Positions 37,371-46,712 are shown, counted from the stretch's first letter. The stretch: 55,755 bases of DNA from a bacterium (GCA_021796335.1 JAJYHZ010000001.1:1-55755); one strand, 5' to 3'. Numbers and translations are program-made. The notes: a model not told the origin generated them from the sequence alone.

Positions 37371-38681
37371 ATGGATCTATCCGAGATAACAAACATCCCC
37401 GTTTTCGGGACTCTGTATGGATTACTGGCCAGTGTAGTACAGGTCTTCTCTTATGTCTGGTGGTTTCTTTTGCCACTGGCCTTGATTTTCATCTTATGGG
37501 ATATTCGCCTTAAATACATTCAACTTAAATTCATTAAAAGCATAAAATGGACGATCTTGGAAATGCGAGTTCCCAAAGAAAATCTCAAATCTCCCAAAGC
37601 CATGGAGCAGGTGTTTGCTTCTTTGTATGCTACTTACTCGGGAAAAATAAAAGGTTACGACAAAATTATCAAGGGAAAAGTCGAGGGCTGGACTTCCTGG
37701 GAGATGGTCGGTCATGAAGGCGGAGTGCATTTTTACATTAGAACTCCCGTCGATCACCGAAACTTGATTGAGTCCGCAATTTTCTCCCAATATCCTGACG
37801 CCGAAATAAACGAAGTTGAAGATTACACCGATTATTATCCGGCCATTTTGCCGAACGCCAATCTCGATCTTTACGGCGTCGATATTATTCTTGATAAAGA
37901 AAGCGCTTATCCTATCCAGACTTATCCGTATTGGGAAGAAAAAGACAAGGAAAAAAGATTGGATCCTTTGGCAACGCTCGCCGAAGTGATGTCGAAATTG
38001 AAAAGCGGCGAAACGATCTGGATTCAATTTTTACTTAAACCTACCGGAAACAAAACAAGCGATTGGAAAAAAGAAGGAAAGGCGATTGTGGATAAAATGC
38101 TGGGACGAGAAAAGAAAGAAGATAAAAAAATGGGAGTCGGCGATCATGCGGCCATGTGGGCTAAAAATTTGGCCAAAGCTCCCTTTGCCGCACCTACCTG
38201 GGAAGAACCGAAAAAAGAATCCGAAAAAAAATCTCCCCAGCTTAGCTCAGGAGACCACGATGTTATCAAGGCAATTGAAAATAAATTGTCCAAGCCGGGT
38301 TTTGAAACGATAATCCGTTTTCTTTATATTGATCGCAGGGAGACCTTTTCCCGGGCGAATGTCGGTGCTGTTATGGGAGCGCTTAAGCAGTTTAACACCG
38401 ACAATATGAATTCGCTGAAAAACAATTCCGCTATCGCGACTTCGAAAGGCGGATGGATTGCCAATTTATTTCCTTTTTATAAAAAGAAAGTGGAATATGG
38501 CCGCAAAAGGAAAATTTATGAGCGGTACAAACTGCGGATGGTTTTGCCTAAAACGTCTGTTTTAAACACCGAAGAACTGGCCACTCTTTACCATGTTCCG
38601 ACAACTATGGTTGAGGCGCCGCGGCTGCGAAGGCTGGAGGCTAAGAAAGCCGAACCCCCGCCGGGATTGCCGATCGAATAG
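37371..38681 (+). CDS. conserved CPR-type membrane-anchored protein upstream of the VirD4/HerA-like ATPase
   Basis: N-terminal TM; LEMRVPKE...SPKAMEQVF, ESAIFSQYPDAEI, LNTEELATLYHVP motifs. Confidence 0.75.
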   Translation: MDLSEITNIPVFGTLYGLLASVVQVFSYVWWFLLPLALIFILWDIRLKYIQLKFIKSIKWTILEMRVPKENLKSPKAMEQVFASLYATYSGKIKGYDKIIKGKVEGWTSWEMVGHEGGVHFYIRTPVDHRNLIESAIFSQYPDAEINEVEDYTDYYPAILPNANLDLYGVDIILDKESAYPIQTYPYWEEKDKEKRLDPLATLAEVMSKLKSGETIWIQFLLKPTGNKTSDWKKEGKAIVDKMLGREKKEDKKMGVGDHAAMWAKNLAKAPFAAPTWEEPKKESEKKSPQLSSGDHDVIKAIENKLSKPGFETIIRFLYIDRRETFSRANVGAVMGALKQFNTDNMNSLKNNSAIATSKGGWIANLFPFYKKKVEYGRKRKIYERYKLRMVLPKTSVLNTEELATLYHVPTTMVEAPRLRRLEAKKAEPPPGLPIE

Positions 38682-38762
38682 CACGGAACTGATAGCTAAT
38701 GGCTTATAGTAATGCAAATCAAATTTTGAGTTATCCATTGTCATTAGCAATACGCAATTATC

Positions 38763-40298
38763 ATGAATAAAAATAATAATACAAACTTTTTCGCTCAAAC
38801 TGATTTCAGGAATCAAAAAGTTAAATTTGGAATTAAACCCGAAGACCGCACTCGCCACATGTATGTTATCGGTCAGACCGGAACCGGTAAAACTTCATTT
38901 ATAGAAAATATTGCCATAAATGATATTTTAGCCGGCCGGGGATTGGCTATAATCGACCCGCACGGAGAGTTTGCCGACAAAATGCTTAACTTTGTTCCCG
39001 AAGAGCGAATAGACGATGTTATTTATTTCGACCCGGCGGATATGAAATACCCGATTGCTTTTAATCCCATAGAACAGGTATCCGAAGAATACCGTCACTT
39101 GATTGCGTCTTCCATGATGGGCGTGTTCAAAAAAATCTGGCCGGATGTCTGGTCCCCCCGCATGGAGTATATTTTAAACAACACTATTTTGGCCTTGCTT
39201 GAATTGCCGAACTCGACCATTTTAAGCATTATCCGAATGCTTTCCGAAAAAGATTATCGCGATAAAGTCGTCGCTAATCTGAAAGATCCCGTCATTAAAG
39301 CTTTTTGGGTCAATGAATTCGCTAAATACACGGAAAGATTTTCAACCGAAGCTGTGGCTGCCATTCAAAACAAAGTCGGCCAGTTTGTTTCCAACCCGCT
39401 TATCAGAAACATAATCGGTCAGCCTAATTCCACTATTAATATGAGAGAAATTATGGACAGCGGGAAAATTCTGATTGCCAATCTTTCTAAGGGGAAAATC
39501 GGAGAAGACAATTCACGCCTCCTCGGAGCGATGCTTATAACCAAAATTCAGCTTGCCGCCATGAGCCGCGTTTATGTCGATCCGAATGAACGCAGAGATT
39601 TTTATTTATACGTTGATGAATTCCAAAATTTTTCAACGGAATCATTCGCCACAATTTTATCAGAAGCCAGAAAATATCGTTTGAGTTTGATAATGGCTCA
39701 TCAATATATTGAACAGCTGGATGAAAAAGTAAAAGCCGCGGTTTTCGGAAACGTAGGAACTTTGGTGACATTCCGGGTGGGTGCGGAAGATGCCGAATTT
39801 CTGGAAAAGTGGTTTGAGCCGGAATTTATGGTTAACGATCTTATTAACTTGGCAAATCGACATATTTATCTTAAGCTGATGATTGACGGTATTGCTTCTC
39901 GTCCGTTTTCCGCAGAATCTCTGACTCAATCTCCGGTTCCCGAAGAAAATTATCGGGACATTATAATCGAAAATTCCCGGAATAAATACGCGTTGCCGAA
40001 GTCCGCGGTTGAAGAAAAAATTGCCAAGGAATGGACCGGTAGTTCCAATGTGGTTCAGGAAAAAGTCCAGCGCAGAAGCGAAAGGTCTTTGCAGTCGGTT
40101 TTAACGCCTCGCGAACCGGCCGTCAGAAAAGAAAATCATATTCAGAGAGAAAAAAAGGATATTAATATCGATGATTTAAAAAAAGCCATTTCTGAATCAT
40201 TGGAAAAGATAAAAGAACTTAAAGAAAAAGAAAAACCGAACAAACCGGATAATTCGATAATCTTCGAAGAAAATGGAAACGAAAATAAAAAAGAATAA
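38763..40298 (+). CDS. VirD4/TraD/HerA-like P-loop ATPase (DUF87 / T4SS coupling-protein-like)
   Basis: Walker A GQTGTGKT, IIDPHGE, Walker B LYVDEFQNF, SEARKY..L..AHQY. Confidence 0.88.
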   Translation: MNKNNNTNFFAQTDFRNQKVKFGIKPEDRTRHMYVIGQTGTGKTSFIENIAINDILAGRGLAIIDPHGEFADKMLNFVPEERIDDVIYFDPADMKYPIAFNPIEQVSEEYRHLIASSMMGVFKKIWPDVWSPRMEYILNNTILALLELPNSTILSIIRMLSEKDYRDKVVANLKDPVIKAFWVNEFAKYTERFSTEAVAAIQNKVGQFVSNPLIRNIIGQPNSTINMREIMDSGKILIANLSKGKIGEDNSRLLGAMLITKIQLAAMSRVYVDPNERRDFYLYVDEFQNFSTESFATILSEARKYRLSLIMAHQYIEQLDEKVKAAVFGNVGTLVTFRVGAEDAEFLEKWFEPEFMVNDLINLANRHIYLKLMIDGIASRPFSAESLTQSPVPEENYRDIIIENSRNKYALPKSAVEEKIAKEWTGSSNVVQEKVQRRSERSLQSVLTPREPAVRKENHIQREKKDINIDDLKKAISESLEKIKELKEKEKPNKPDNSIIFEENGNENKKE

Positions 40299-40332
40299 CA
40301 CCCCATTATCCAAATAACTAATAACTATTTTT

Positions 40333-40899
40333 ATGGAATACACAGAATTAAAACCAGGAACATTTATAATAGTGGATGGCCAGCCTGCCGTTGTTTTGGA
40401 ATATGATTTTGTCCGGATGCAGCAAAGAAAACCGGTTGTAAAAACCAAAATAAAAAATTTAATCACTGGCTCGGTTTCTGAAAAATCCTGGCAGCCCAGC
40501 GATGATATTGAAGAAGCTGAGATAGAAAAAATGCCATCGAAATTTTTGTATCAGCACAGAGGAGAATATTGGTTTTCGGAAATTTCCAGCCCGCAAAATC
40601 GTTTCAATCTTAAAGAAGAAAGCTTGGGATCTATTAAAAATTTTTTAAAGCCGAATCTTGAAATTACCGCTTTAAAATTTGATGATAAAATATTTAATAT
40701 CGAAATTCCGGTAAAAGCCGATTTTAAAGTGACGGAAGCTCCACCCGCGCTTAAAGGCAATACGGCTCAAGGCGGAACCAAAACCGTTATCATCGAGACC
40801 GGCGCAAAAGTCAATACACCGTTGTTTATCAACGAAGGAGACATAATAAGAGTAAATACCGGCAACGGAGAATACGTTGAGCGTGTCGAGAAGAAATAA
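40333..40899 (+). CDS. efp: elongation factor P
   Basis: ELKPG, KNLITG, GNTAQGGTK, ETGAKVNTPLFINEGDIIRVNT..GEYVER. Confidence 0.95.
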   Translation: MEYTELKPGTFIIVDGQPAVVLEYDFVRMQQRKPVVKTKIKNLITGSVSEKSWQPSDDIEEAEIEKMPSKFLYQHRGEYWFSEISSPQNRFNLKEESLGSIKNFLKPNLEITALKFDDKIFNIEIPVKADFKVTEAPPALKGNTAQGGTKTVIIETGAKVNTPLFINEGDIIRVNTGNGEYVERVEKK

Positions 40900-40940
40900 A
40901 AATCTTCGGGATTGTTTTTAGGTCAAGCAATCTCCTCAAA

Positions 40941-41558
40941 ATGAATAATTTTTTTGTAAATCTTTTGTATTTTTGGCTGCCGTTTGTGATTTCTTTTTTG
41001 GCGTTGATTCTCGCGATTTTGCGCAATTTGTACAAAAATTCCAGGGTTAAGTTTTTTCAAAAAATGACTTATTGGAAAATCATCGGATTTTTTATGGGAT
41101 TTCGTCTGATTTACGCTTTATTTAAGACAGCCGTTCAATATCATATTTGGGAACAGGCTGGCGGATTAAGCAGATTTTTACTGCCTCCTTACCGTCCAAT
41201 CAGTTATTTCATCGGCTATTCCATCACTCATTTTTGGCTGAGCACTTTAATTGATATTTTGATTGCCGCGATATTTTACGCATTTTTACGATTACTGAAA
41301 AAGTATAATTCGAGATTTTTTGAGAAAGATGAACCCGAACTGGGTTTTTTAACCGCTTTAATTGTCGGATGGCCGAACGTTGTCTTAATTATTCCATTCG
41401 CTTTTATTTTTGTCGCGATCTTGGGTATTTTGAGGGGAATTTTTCTGAAAGAGCAGTATACGGCCCTGAGTTGGCCGCTTATAATTTCCGCTTTCATTAT
41501 TTTATTTTTCGGGTCTTACTTGATTAATCTTTTTCATTTAAAAACTCTTGTCGTTTGA
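40941..41558 (+). CDS. polytopic membrane protein, C-terminal half resembles prepilin peptidase A24
   Basis: About 6 TM segments; DEPELGFLTALIVGWP resembles a degenerate GxGDxKL..G..GW motif. Confidence 0.55.
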   Translation: MNNFFVNLLYFWLPFVISFLALILAILRNLYKNSRVKFFQKMTYWKIIGFFMGFRLIYALFKTAVQYHIWEQAGGLSRFLLPPYRPISYFIGYSITHFWLSTLIDILIAAIFYAFLRLLKKYNSRFFEKDEPELGFLTALIVGWPNVVLIIPFAFIFVAILGILRGIFLKEQYTALSWPLIISAFIILFFGSYLINLFHLKTLVV

Positions 41559-41648
41559 CTCTGAAATATTTTTTCCATTTTGCCCGCATTAAAAACATGC
41601 GAGGTGATTGAAATTTATCTCAAGATCTAATAATTTAATACAATAAAA

Positions 41649-42875
41649 ATGCAAAAAAACAGAAAAAAAATTTCCACAACGGCATCTTCGGAAAAATCGC
41701 GAACGGTTAAACGAAGCAAGGTGCCGACCTCTAAAAATATTAAAAAGCGGATTTTCGTAATGATGTCGGGAGGCGTTGATAGTTCAACCGTCGCTTTTTT
41801 GCTGTCGAAAAATAAAAAATACGAAGTTTTCGGATCTTTTATAAAAGGCTATAACATTGACGGGTGCCAGGAAAAAGAAGCTGAAGACGCCAGGCGGGTC
41901 GCCGAATTTTTAAACATCCCTTTTTACGTCATTAATTTGGAAGAAGAGTATAGAAAATTAGTTGTTGACTACATGATTAAAGGATATAAAAACGGCATCA
42001 CTCCCAATCCGGACGTAATGTGCAACAAAGAAATAAAATTCGGCCTTTTTTTAAAAAAGGCTTTGGAATTGGGAGCCGATTATGTCGCCACGGGACACTA
42101 TGTCCGACTGAGTCGTAAAACTTCAAATTCAAAACACCAAATCTCAAACAAAGTCGAATTACCGATTGTTAATTATCAATTGATTATTGCAAAAGATAAG
42201 AATAAAGACCAATCATATTTTCTCTGGACATTGACTCAGGATCAATTAAAACATTGCCTGTTTCCGATCGGAGAATATACCAAGCCGGAAATAAGAAAAA
42301 TCGCCGCCAAAGCCAATTTACCGACGGCCGGAAAAAAAGACTCCCAAGGCATTTGTTTTTTGGGAAAAATAAGCATCAAAGAATTTTTAAAGCAGCATTT
42401 GCCGGTTGAAAAAGGGAATATTATAGATGTAAATGGAAAGAAAATCGGCAAACATGACGGAGCTTGGTTTTATACTATCGGCCAAAGGCACGGGCTTGAT
42501 ATTGGAGAAAGAAACAAAGGACAGGGGATAAAAAATTCAAACTTTAAGCCGTATTATGTTGTAGGCAAAAATGTCAAAAAAAATCTGATTATTGTCGCCG
42601 AAGGAGAAAAAAATCCGGAGTTGTGCAAAAAAGAAATTGAAATTTCAGATTGCAATTTTAATCCGTTATTGTTTGGTTTGAAAAGATTTCCGGACGAAAT
42701 TTACGTGCGTATCAGATACAGACAAGTCCTCGCTCCAGCTTTCCTTCACAGCCTATCCAGCGGAAAATACGGAATAAATTTCGAAAAACCACAAAAATTC
42801 GTCGCACCCGGCCAATCCGCTGTTTTCTACGATAAAAATGGGAAAATGTTGGGCGGTGGAATAATCTGCTCTTAA
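41649..42875 (+). CDS. mnmA: tRNA 2-thiouridine(34) synthase MnmA
   Basis: SGGVDSS, TPNPDVMCNKEIKFG, ATGHY, KDQSYFL, KKDSQGICF, GQRHGL, PGQSAVFY. Confidence 0.96.
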   Translation: MQKNRKKISTTASSEKSRTVKRSKVPTSKNIKKRIFVMMSGGVDSSTVAFLLSKNKKYEVFGSFIKGYNIDGCQEKEAEDARRVAEFLNIPFYVINLEEEYRKLVVDYMIKGYKNGITPNPDVMCNKEIKFGLFLKKALELGADYVATGHYVRLSRKTSNSKHQISNKVELPIVNYQLIIAKDKNKDQSYFLWTLTQDQLKHCLFPIGEYTKPEIRKIAAKANLPTAGKKDSQGICFLGKISIKEFLKQHLPVEKGNIIDVNGKKIGKHDGAWFYTIGQRHGLDIGERNKGQGIKNSNFKPYYVVGKNVKKNLIIVAEGEKNPELCKKEIEISDCNFNPLLFGLKRFPDEIYVRIRYRQVLAPAFLHSLSSGKYGINFEKPQKFVAPGQSAVFYDKNGKMLGGGIICS

Positions 42876-42925
42876 TTTGTACAATAAAAGTAGGGAATAG
42901 TCGGCCCGTAAAAATTTTCTAAAAT

Positions 42926-43189
42926 ATGCCTTATTACTATAATTGTCCGGGGTACGGATTTATGGATTCCGGATTCGGAATTTTGGGAGGAATTTTTTCC
43001 ATAATCGTGTTCGTCTTTATAGTTCTGCTGATTGTGATGATTATAAGGTGGATTGCCAGAGGTTCGAGAGGGAGAGGTATGGGCATGATGTGGAAGAATT
43101 CTTTGAATATTCTGAAGGAACGGTATGCCAAAGGAGAGATCACAAAAGAAGAGTTCGACCGCGTAAAGAAAGATTTAGAAGAAAAATAA
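42926..43189 (+). CDS. SHOCT-domain small membrane protein 1
   Basis: TM segment plus ILKERYAKGEITKEEF. Confidence 0.88.
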   Translation: MPYYYNCPGYGFMDSGFGILGGIFSIIVFVFIVLLIVMIIRWIARGSRGRGMGMMWKNSLNILKERYAKGEITKEEFDRVKKDLEEK

Positions 43190-43192
43190 AAT

Positions 43193-43426
43193 ATGTGGGA
43201 ATGGCTTATAGCTTTGCCGCTCGGCATCGGACTTATCTGGCTTTTAATCAATATCTTATGGTGGGTTTTCGTAATTTTCTTAATAATTTATTTGTTCAGA
43301 TGGTTACGCAAACAATTTCACAAAGGCGGAATGTTCCATCATGAGCCTATTGATATTTTACGCGAACGGTATGCCAAAGGAGAGATCACAAAAGAAGAGT
43401 TCGAAAGAATAAAAAAAGATTTATAA
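43193..43426 (+). CDS. SHOCT-domain small membrane protein 2
   Basis: TM segment plus ILRERYAKGEITKEEF. Confidence 0.88.
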   Translation: MWEWLIALPLGIGLIWLLINILWWVFVIFLIIYLFRWLRKQFHKGGMFHHEPIDILRERYAKGEITKEEFERIKKDL

Positions 43427-43430
43427 TTTT

Positions 43431-43471
43431 AAAAGCAACAACCACCCGCATCGCGGGCGGTTGTTGCTTTT
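43431..43471. terminator. intrinsic terminator
   Basis: AAAAGCAACAACC-A-CCCGC-ATC-GCGGG-C-GGTTGTTGCTTTT. Confidence 0.8.
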
Positions 43472-43545
43472 ATTATTTCTGAAAAATTGCTTTAATAATC
43501 CCGTTTTTTGTGCTAAATTATTTTTAAATTAAGATTTTTAATCAA

Positions 43546-44796
43546 ATGGATTTATTTTCCGAGTTAAAAGAAAGAGGCGTCATATATCAGGCGACCAACG
43601 AGAAAGAAATCGGCAAGATTCTTCAGAAAAAAGAAACCGGTTTTTTTATCGGTTTTGATCCGACTGCGGCCAGCTTGCATATCGGCAATTTATTCCAGAT
43701 TATTACCATGAAAAGATTGGAAAAAGCTGGGCTTAAACCGATTGTTCTTATAGGGGGAGCGACTGGCTTGATCGGCGATCCGAGCGGAAAATCGCAGGAA
43801 AGACAATTAAAAACGGAAGTGGAAGTTAAAAAAGACGCCGATTTGTTCAAAAAACAGCTTGGCAAATTCTTTGACTTCGCGAGAAATGCCAAACTTGTCA
43901 ACAATTATGATTGGCTCAAAAAATTCTCGCTGATCGAATTTCTGCGGGATATCGGGAAATATTTCACCGTAAATGAAATGATTAAAAAAGAATCGGTTGA
44001 AACAAGAATGCAAGCCGGCATTTCTTTCACCGAATTCAGCTATATGCTTTTGCAGGCCGTTGATTTTCTGAATCTTTTTAAAAAATACGATTGTCGACTT
44101 CAGATTGGCGGATCGGATCAGTGGGGAAATATTACGGCCGGAATTGAATTAATCAGAAAGACGGCAAATAAGGAAGCGTTGGGATTTACGATTCCATTGG
44201 TTACGACTGTTGACGGGAAAAAAATGGGCAAAAGCGAAAGTGGCGCGGTTTGGCTGGATTCGAAACTCACATCGCCGTACCGATTCTATCAATTTTGGGT
44301 AAATACCGACGATCGGGATGTGATTAGATTTTTAAATTTCTATTCATTCCTTTCTCTTAATCAAATTAAAGAATTAAAAAAATCTTTGGAAGCTGAACCG
44401 GGAAAAAGAGAAGCGCAAAAAACTTTAGCCAGAGAGATGACCATATTTGTTCACGGCAAGGCCGCGTATGAAAAAACTCAAAAAATATCCCGGGCTTTAT
44501 TCAGCGGAAATATTAAAAATCTCGCCAAAACCGAACTCGAAGAAGCGTTTTCAAATGTCCTTCCGAAAGAAATTGAAAAATTTTCAAAATTAAATATCGT
44601 CGATTTTCTTGTCTTATCGGGTGTTTCTTATTCAAAGCGTCAGGCAAGAGAGGATATTCAAAACAATGCTATTGAAATAAACGGAAGCAAAATTACTGAT
44701 TTGGAGCATACTATAACGCTCAAAGATTTTTTGTTCGGCAGATACGTTATTATAAAACGGGGCAAACGGGATTATTTTTTCATCAATATAAAATGA
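43546..44796 (+). CDS. tyrS: tyrosine--tRNA ligase
   Basis: GFDPTAASLHIGN, GGATGLIGDPSG, EFSYMLLQAVD, QIGGSDQWGNI, KMGKS; C-terminal S4 domain. Confidence 0.97.
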   Translation: MDLFSELKERGVIYQATNEKEIGKILQKKETGFFIGFDPTAASLHIGNLFQIITMKRLEKAGLKPIVLIGGATGLIGDPSGKSQERQLKTEVEVKKDADLFKKQLGKFFDFARNAKLVNNYDWLKKFSLIEFLRDIGKYFTVNEMIKKESVETRMQAGISFTEFSYMLLQAVDFLNLFKKYDCRLQIGGSDQWGNITAGIELIRKTANKEALGFTIPLVTTVDGKKMGKSESGAVWLDSKLTSPYRFYQFWVNTDDRDVIRFLNFYSFLSLNQIKELKKSLEAEPGKREAQKTLAREMTIFVHGKAAYEKTQKISRALFSGNIKNLAKTELEEAFSNVLPKEIEKFSKLNIVDFLVLSGVSYSKRQAREDIQNNAIEINGSKITDLEHTITLKDFLFGRYVIIKRGKRDYFFINIK

Positions 44797-44925
44797 CGCT
44801 GTTCTAAAAGCGTTATTCGGAACTTATTTTAGGATCCTAATGGTTGATTTTTTCAGATGTCGGAATAATTTTAGCATAACAAAACCGCGAGCGTGTGAGT
44901 CCGTGGATAGCCCTTTATAACCAAC

Positions 44926-45004
44926 AATGCTTCTACATGTAGAAGCATTATAAACAAGTAAAAACCGGATTCAAATAATTCCATGGTTGGTACCATGGAA
45001 TTAT
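44926..45004. repeat. two adjacent strong inverted repeats between convergent genes
   Basis: 24-bp perfect palindrome AATGCTTCTACATGTAGAAGCATT (44926-44949); ATAATTCCATGGT-TGGT-ACCATGGAATTAT (44975-45004). Confidence 0.8.
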
Positions 45005-45032
45005 CACATATTATAAAAGCATAAAAACCGAA

Positions 45033-45899
45033 TTAAGGCGTGCTTGTCGAAGTTGTTCCCGTTGAAGTGCTGGCAGTGGTTGATGCAGTTGTTGTGCCAG
45101 TCATTGGAGTGCTTGTAGTCGTTGCTCCGGTTACAGGAGTGCTGGTGGTGGTTGTGCTTGTCATTGGCGTGCTTGTTGTAGTTGTATTTGCTGAAGGCGT
45201 ACTTGTGGTAGTCGTACTTGTGTTTGGAGTCGTTGTTGTAGTTGTGGCCGTAGAGCAACCCGTAGTCCATCCGCGCGGAACAACACATGGATTTTCGAAC
45301 TCAACGCATTCTCCCGTCGATGGATTTACCGCCCGAGTCGGAACTTGGATACAAATCGTTTGCGGTGTCAGTGTTAAATTCCTTATAGTCCGCACTCGTA
45401 CCGCGCCCGGAACATTTGGATCTTGAATTCCATATATGTTAACCTGATCGCCGGTCGCGAAATTGGATAAAGAAATTGATAGCCAGTTTTGATTTAAAAT
45501 CTTGCTGTCTGGCATAATCTCGGCTTTGCCGGTCAAACCGAAAACTTTTACATAAACGATTTTATTCGCGGTATCAATACTGGTTACGAGACCGTCGCGC
45601 ACGTATACTTCCGCATCTCCGTTTAAAAGTTGAGTTACGGAAATGGAACTTAACCCCGGAGCGGTGACATCCGTGGGGCTGTTTGGAAAAAGAAAAACGT
45701 CTTTTTCCGATTGCATGTTTAAAAATTCGCTGACTTGGTCGCGAAGCCCTAGAAATGTTTCCTGAATTTGATTGAGCTGGTTTTGTATTTGTTCCAGGGA
45801 AGAAGTGCCTGTTGAGGTTGTTTGGGCAAGACCGTAATTCGCCATGGAAAGGCCTGAAATGGTGATCGCCATCAAAAGGCCTATGATTACTTTTTTCAT
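45033..45899 (-). CDS. secreted protein with DUF5666-like barrel, Cys motif and Thr-rich repeat tail
   Basis: Signal peptide (AQT); GLVTSID...GDQVNIYG; CIQVPTRAVNPSTGECVEFENPCVVPRGW; (TTTSTP)n tail. Confidence 0.8.
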   Translation of the reverse strand: MKKVIIGLLMAITISGLSMANYGLAQTTSTGTSSLEQIQNQLNQIQETFLGLRDQVSEFLNMQSEKDVFLFPNSPTDVTAPGLSSISVTQLLNGDAEVYVRDGLVTSIDTANKIVYVKVFGLTGKAEIMPDSKILNQNWLSISLSNFATGDQVNIYGIQDPNVPGAVRVRTIRNLTLTPQTICIQVPTRAVNPSTGECVEFENPCVVPRGWTTGCSTATTTTTTPNTSTTTTSTPSANTTTTSTPMTSTTTTSTPVTGATTTSTPMTGTTTASTTASTSTGTTSTSTP

Positions 45900-46206
45900 T
45901 TGGCAATTTAAAGAGTTTTAAAATTCGACCTTTTAAGCTCTGGGAAAATTTCAAATAAGGAGAAAAAATTGGAGCTCCCGCGATCTTATCCTTATGGTCG
46001 GGGAATCTCTATTCATATGCTTCGGTGAAGCTGAAATCCGTCGAAGCGGGGGATGACTTTGCATCATCCGATCTTATCGATCAGATAATTTCGCGAAGAA
46101 AGATTAAAATTCGTAAGGTATTTATCTTATTTAAATTATAACGGATTTATTCTTATGCTTCAATTTTCTTTTAAAATAGACGGATCTCCCCTATAATTTA
46201 AAAATC

Positions 46207-46280
46207 GGGCCCATAGTTAAGTGGCATAACGGTGCATTCGCATTGCACAGGCGCGAGTTCGATTCTCGCTGGGTCCACCA
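46207..46280 (+). tRNA. tRNA-Ala (anticodon CGC), CCA encoded
   Basis: Acceptor GGGCCCA/TGGGTCC with G3:U70 Ala identity pair; anticodon arm GTGCA-TTCGCAT-TGCAC; TTCGA T-loop. Confidence 0.95.
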
Positions 46281-46304
46281 AAGTTCATCTCTCTCAAAAA
46301 TATT

Positions 46305-46712
46305 TTGGAGAAGGTTTGGCTAACACTTGGTAGGCAACCATTTTATGGTGAAATGGTAATGCCACTCTCAAAATATACTCCCAAACCTTATACCGCACGT
46401 TTTGGTGGTTGGATGAATGCTTGCACAGCCTTTATTAAGTATAAAAAGAGCGACCCAGAATTTGAGAAATTATTAAATGAAAAAAGCACCGCTAAGACAA
46501 GGGCAATAAATGAAAAAATCCGCTTGCAAGTTTTTAAGCGAGATAATTATGCGTGTGTGATTTGCGGCAAAAGTCCTGCTAATAATCGAGGCATCATTTT
46601 GCACTTAGACCATAAGCTTCCTTTTTCAAAGGGTGGCGACAACAGCCCCGAAAACCTGCGGACACTTTGCAGTAAGTGCAATCTTGATAAAGGCAATGAT
46701 AGCAATCTATAA
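46305..46712 (+). CDS. HNH endonuclease, probably 5'-truncated
   Basis: RLQVFKRDNYACVICG...LHLDHKLPFSKGG...ENLRTLCSKCNLDKG; the N-terminal part resembles a homing-endonuclease-associated repeat. Confidence 0.85.
   Translation: MEKVWLTLGRQPFYGEMVMPLSKYTPKPYTARFGGWMNACTAFIKYKKSDPEFEKLLNEKSTAKTRAINEKIRLQVFKRDNYACVICGKSPANNRGIILHLDHKLPFSKGGDNSPENLRTLCSKCNLDKGNDSNL

Noticed and set aside
38086-38094. Perfect DnaA box (TGTGGATAA) suggesting oriC
   Set aside because: A single copy inside a CDS; a one-mismatch box near 33783 is also isolated, and there is no box cluster or dnaA.
45033-45300. CRISPR array or DGR suggested by repeated sequence
   Set aside because: The repeats are codon-level Thr/Ser/Pro repeats inside a CDS. 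There are no constant repeats with unique spacers, no cas genes and no reverse transcriptase in the window.
2063-45426. Numerous antisense or overlapping ORFs in the track (e.g. 30134-30844, 14735-15313, 37494-38027, 45040-45426)
   Set aside because: They are shadows of well-supported genes on the opposite strand or frame, with no motifs of their own.
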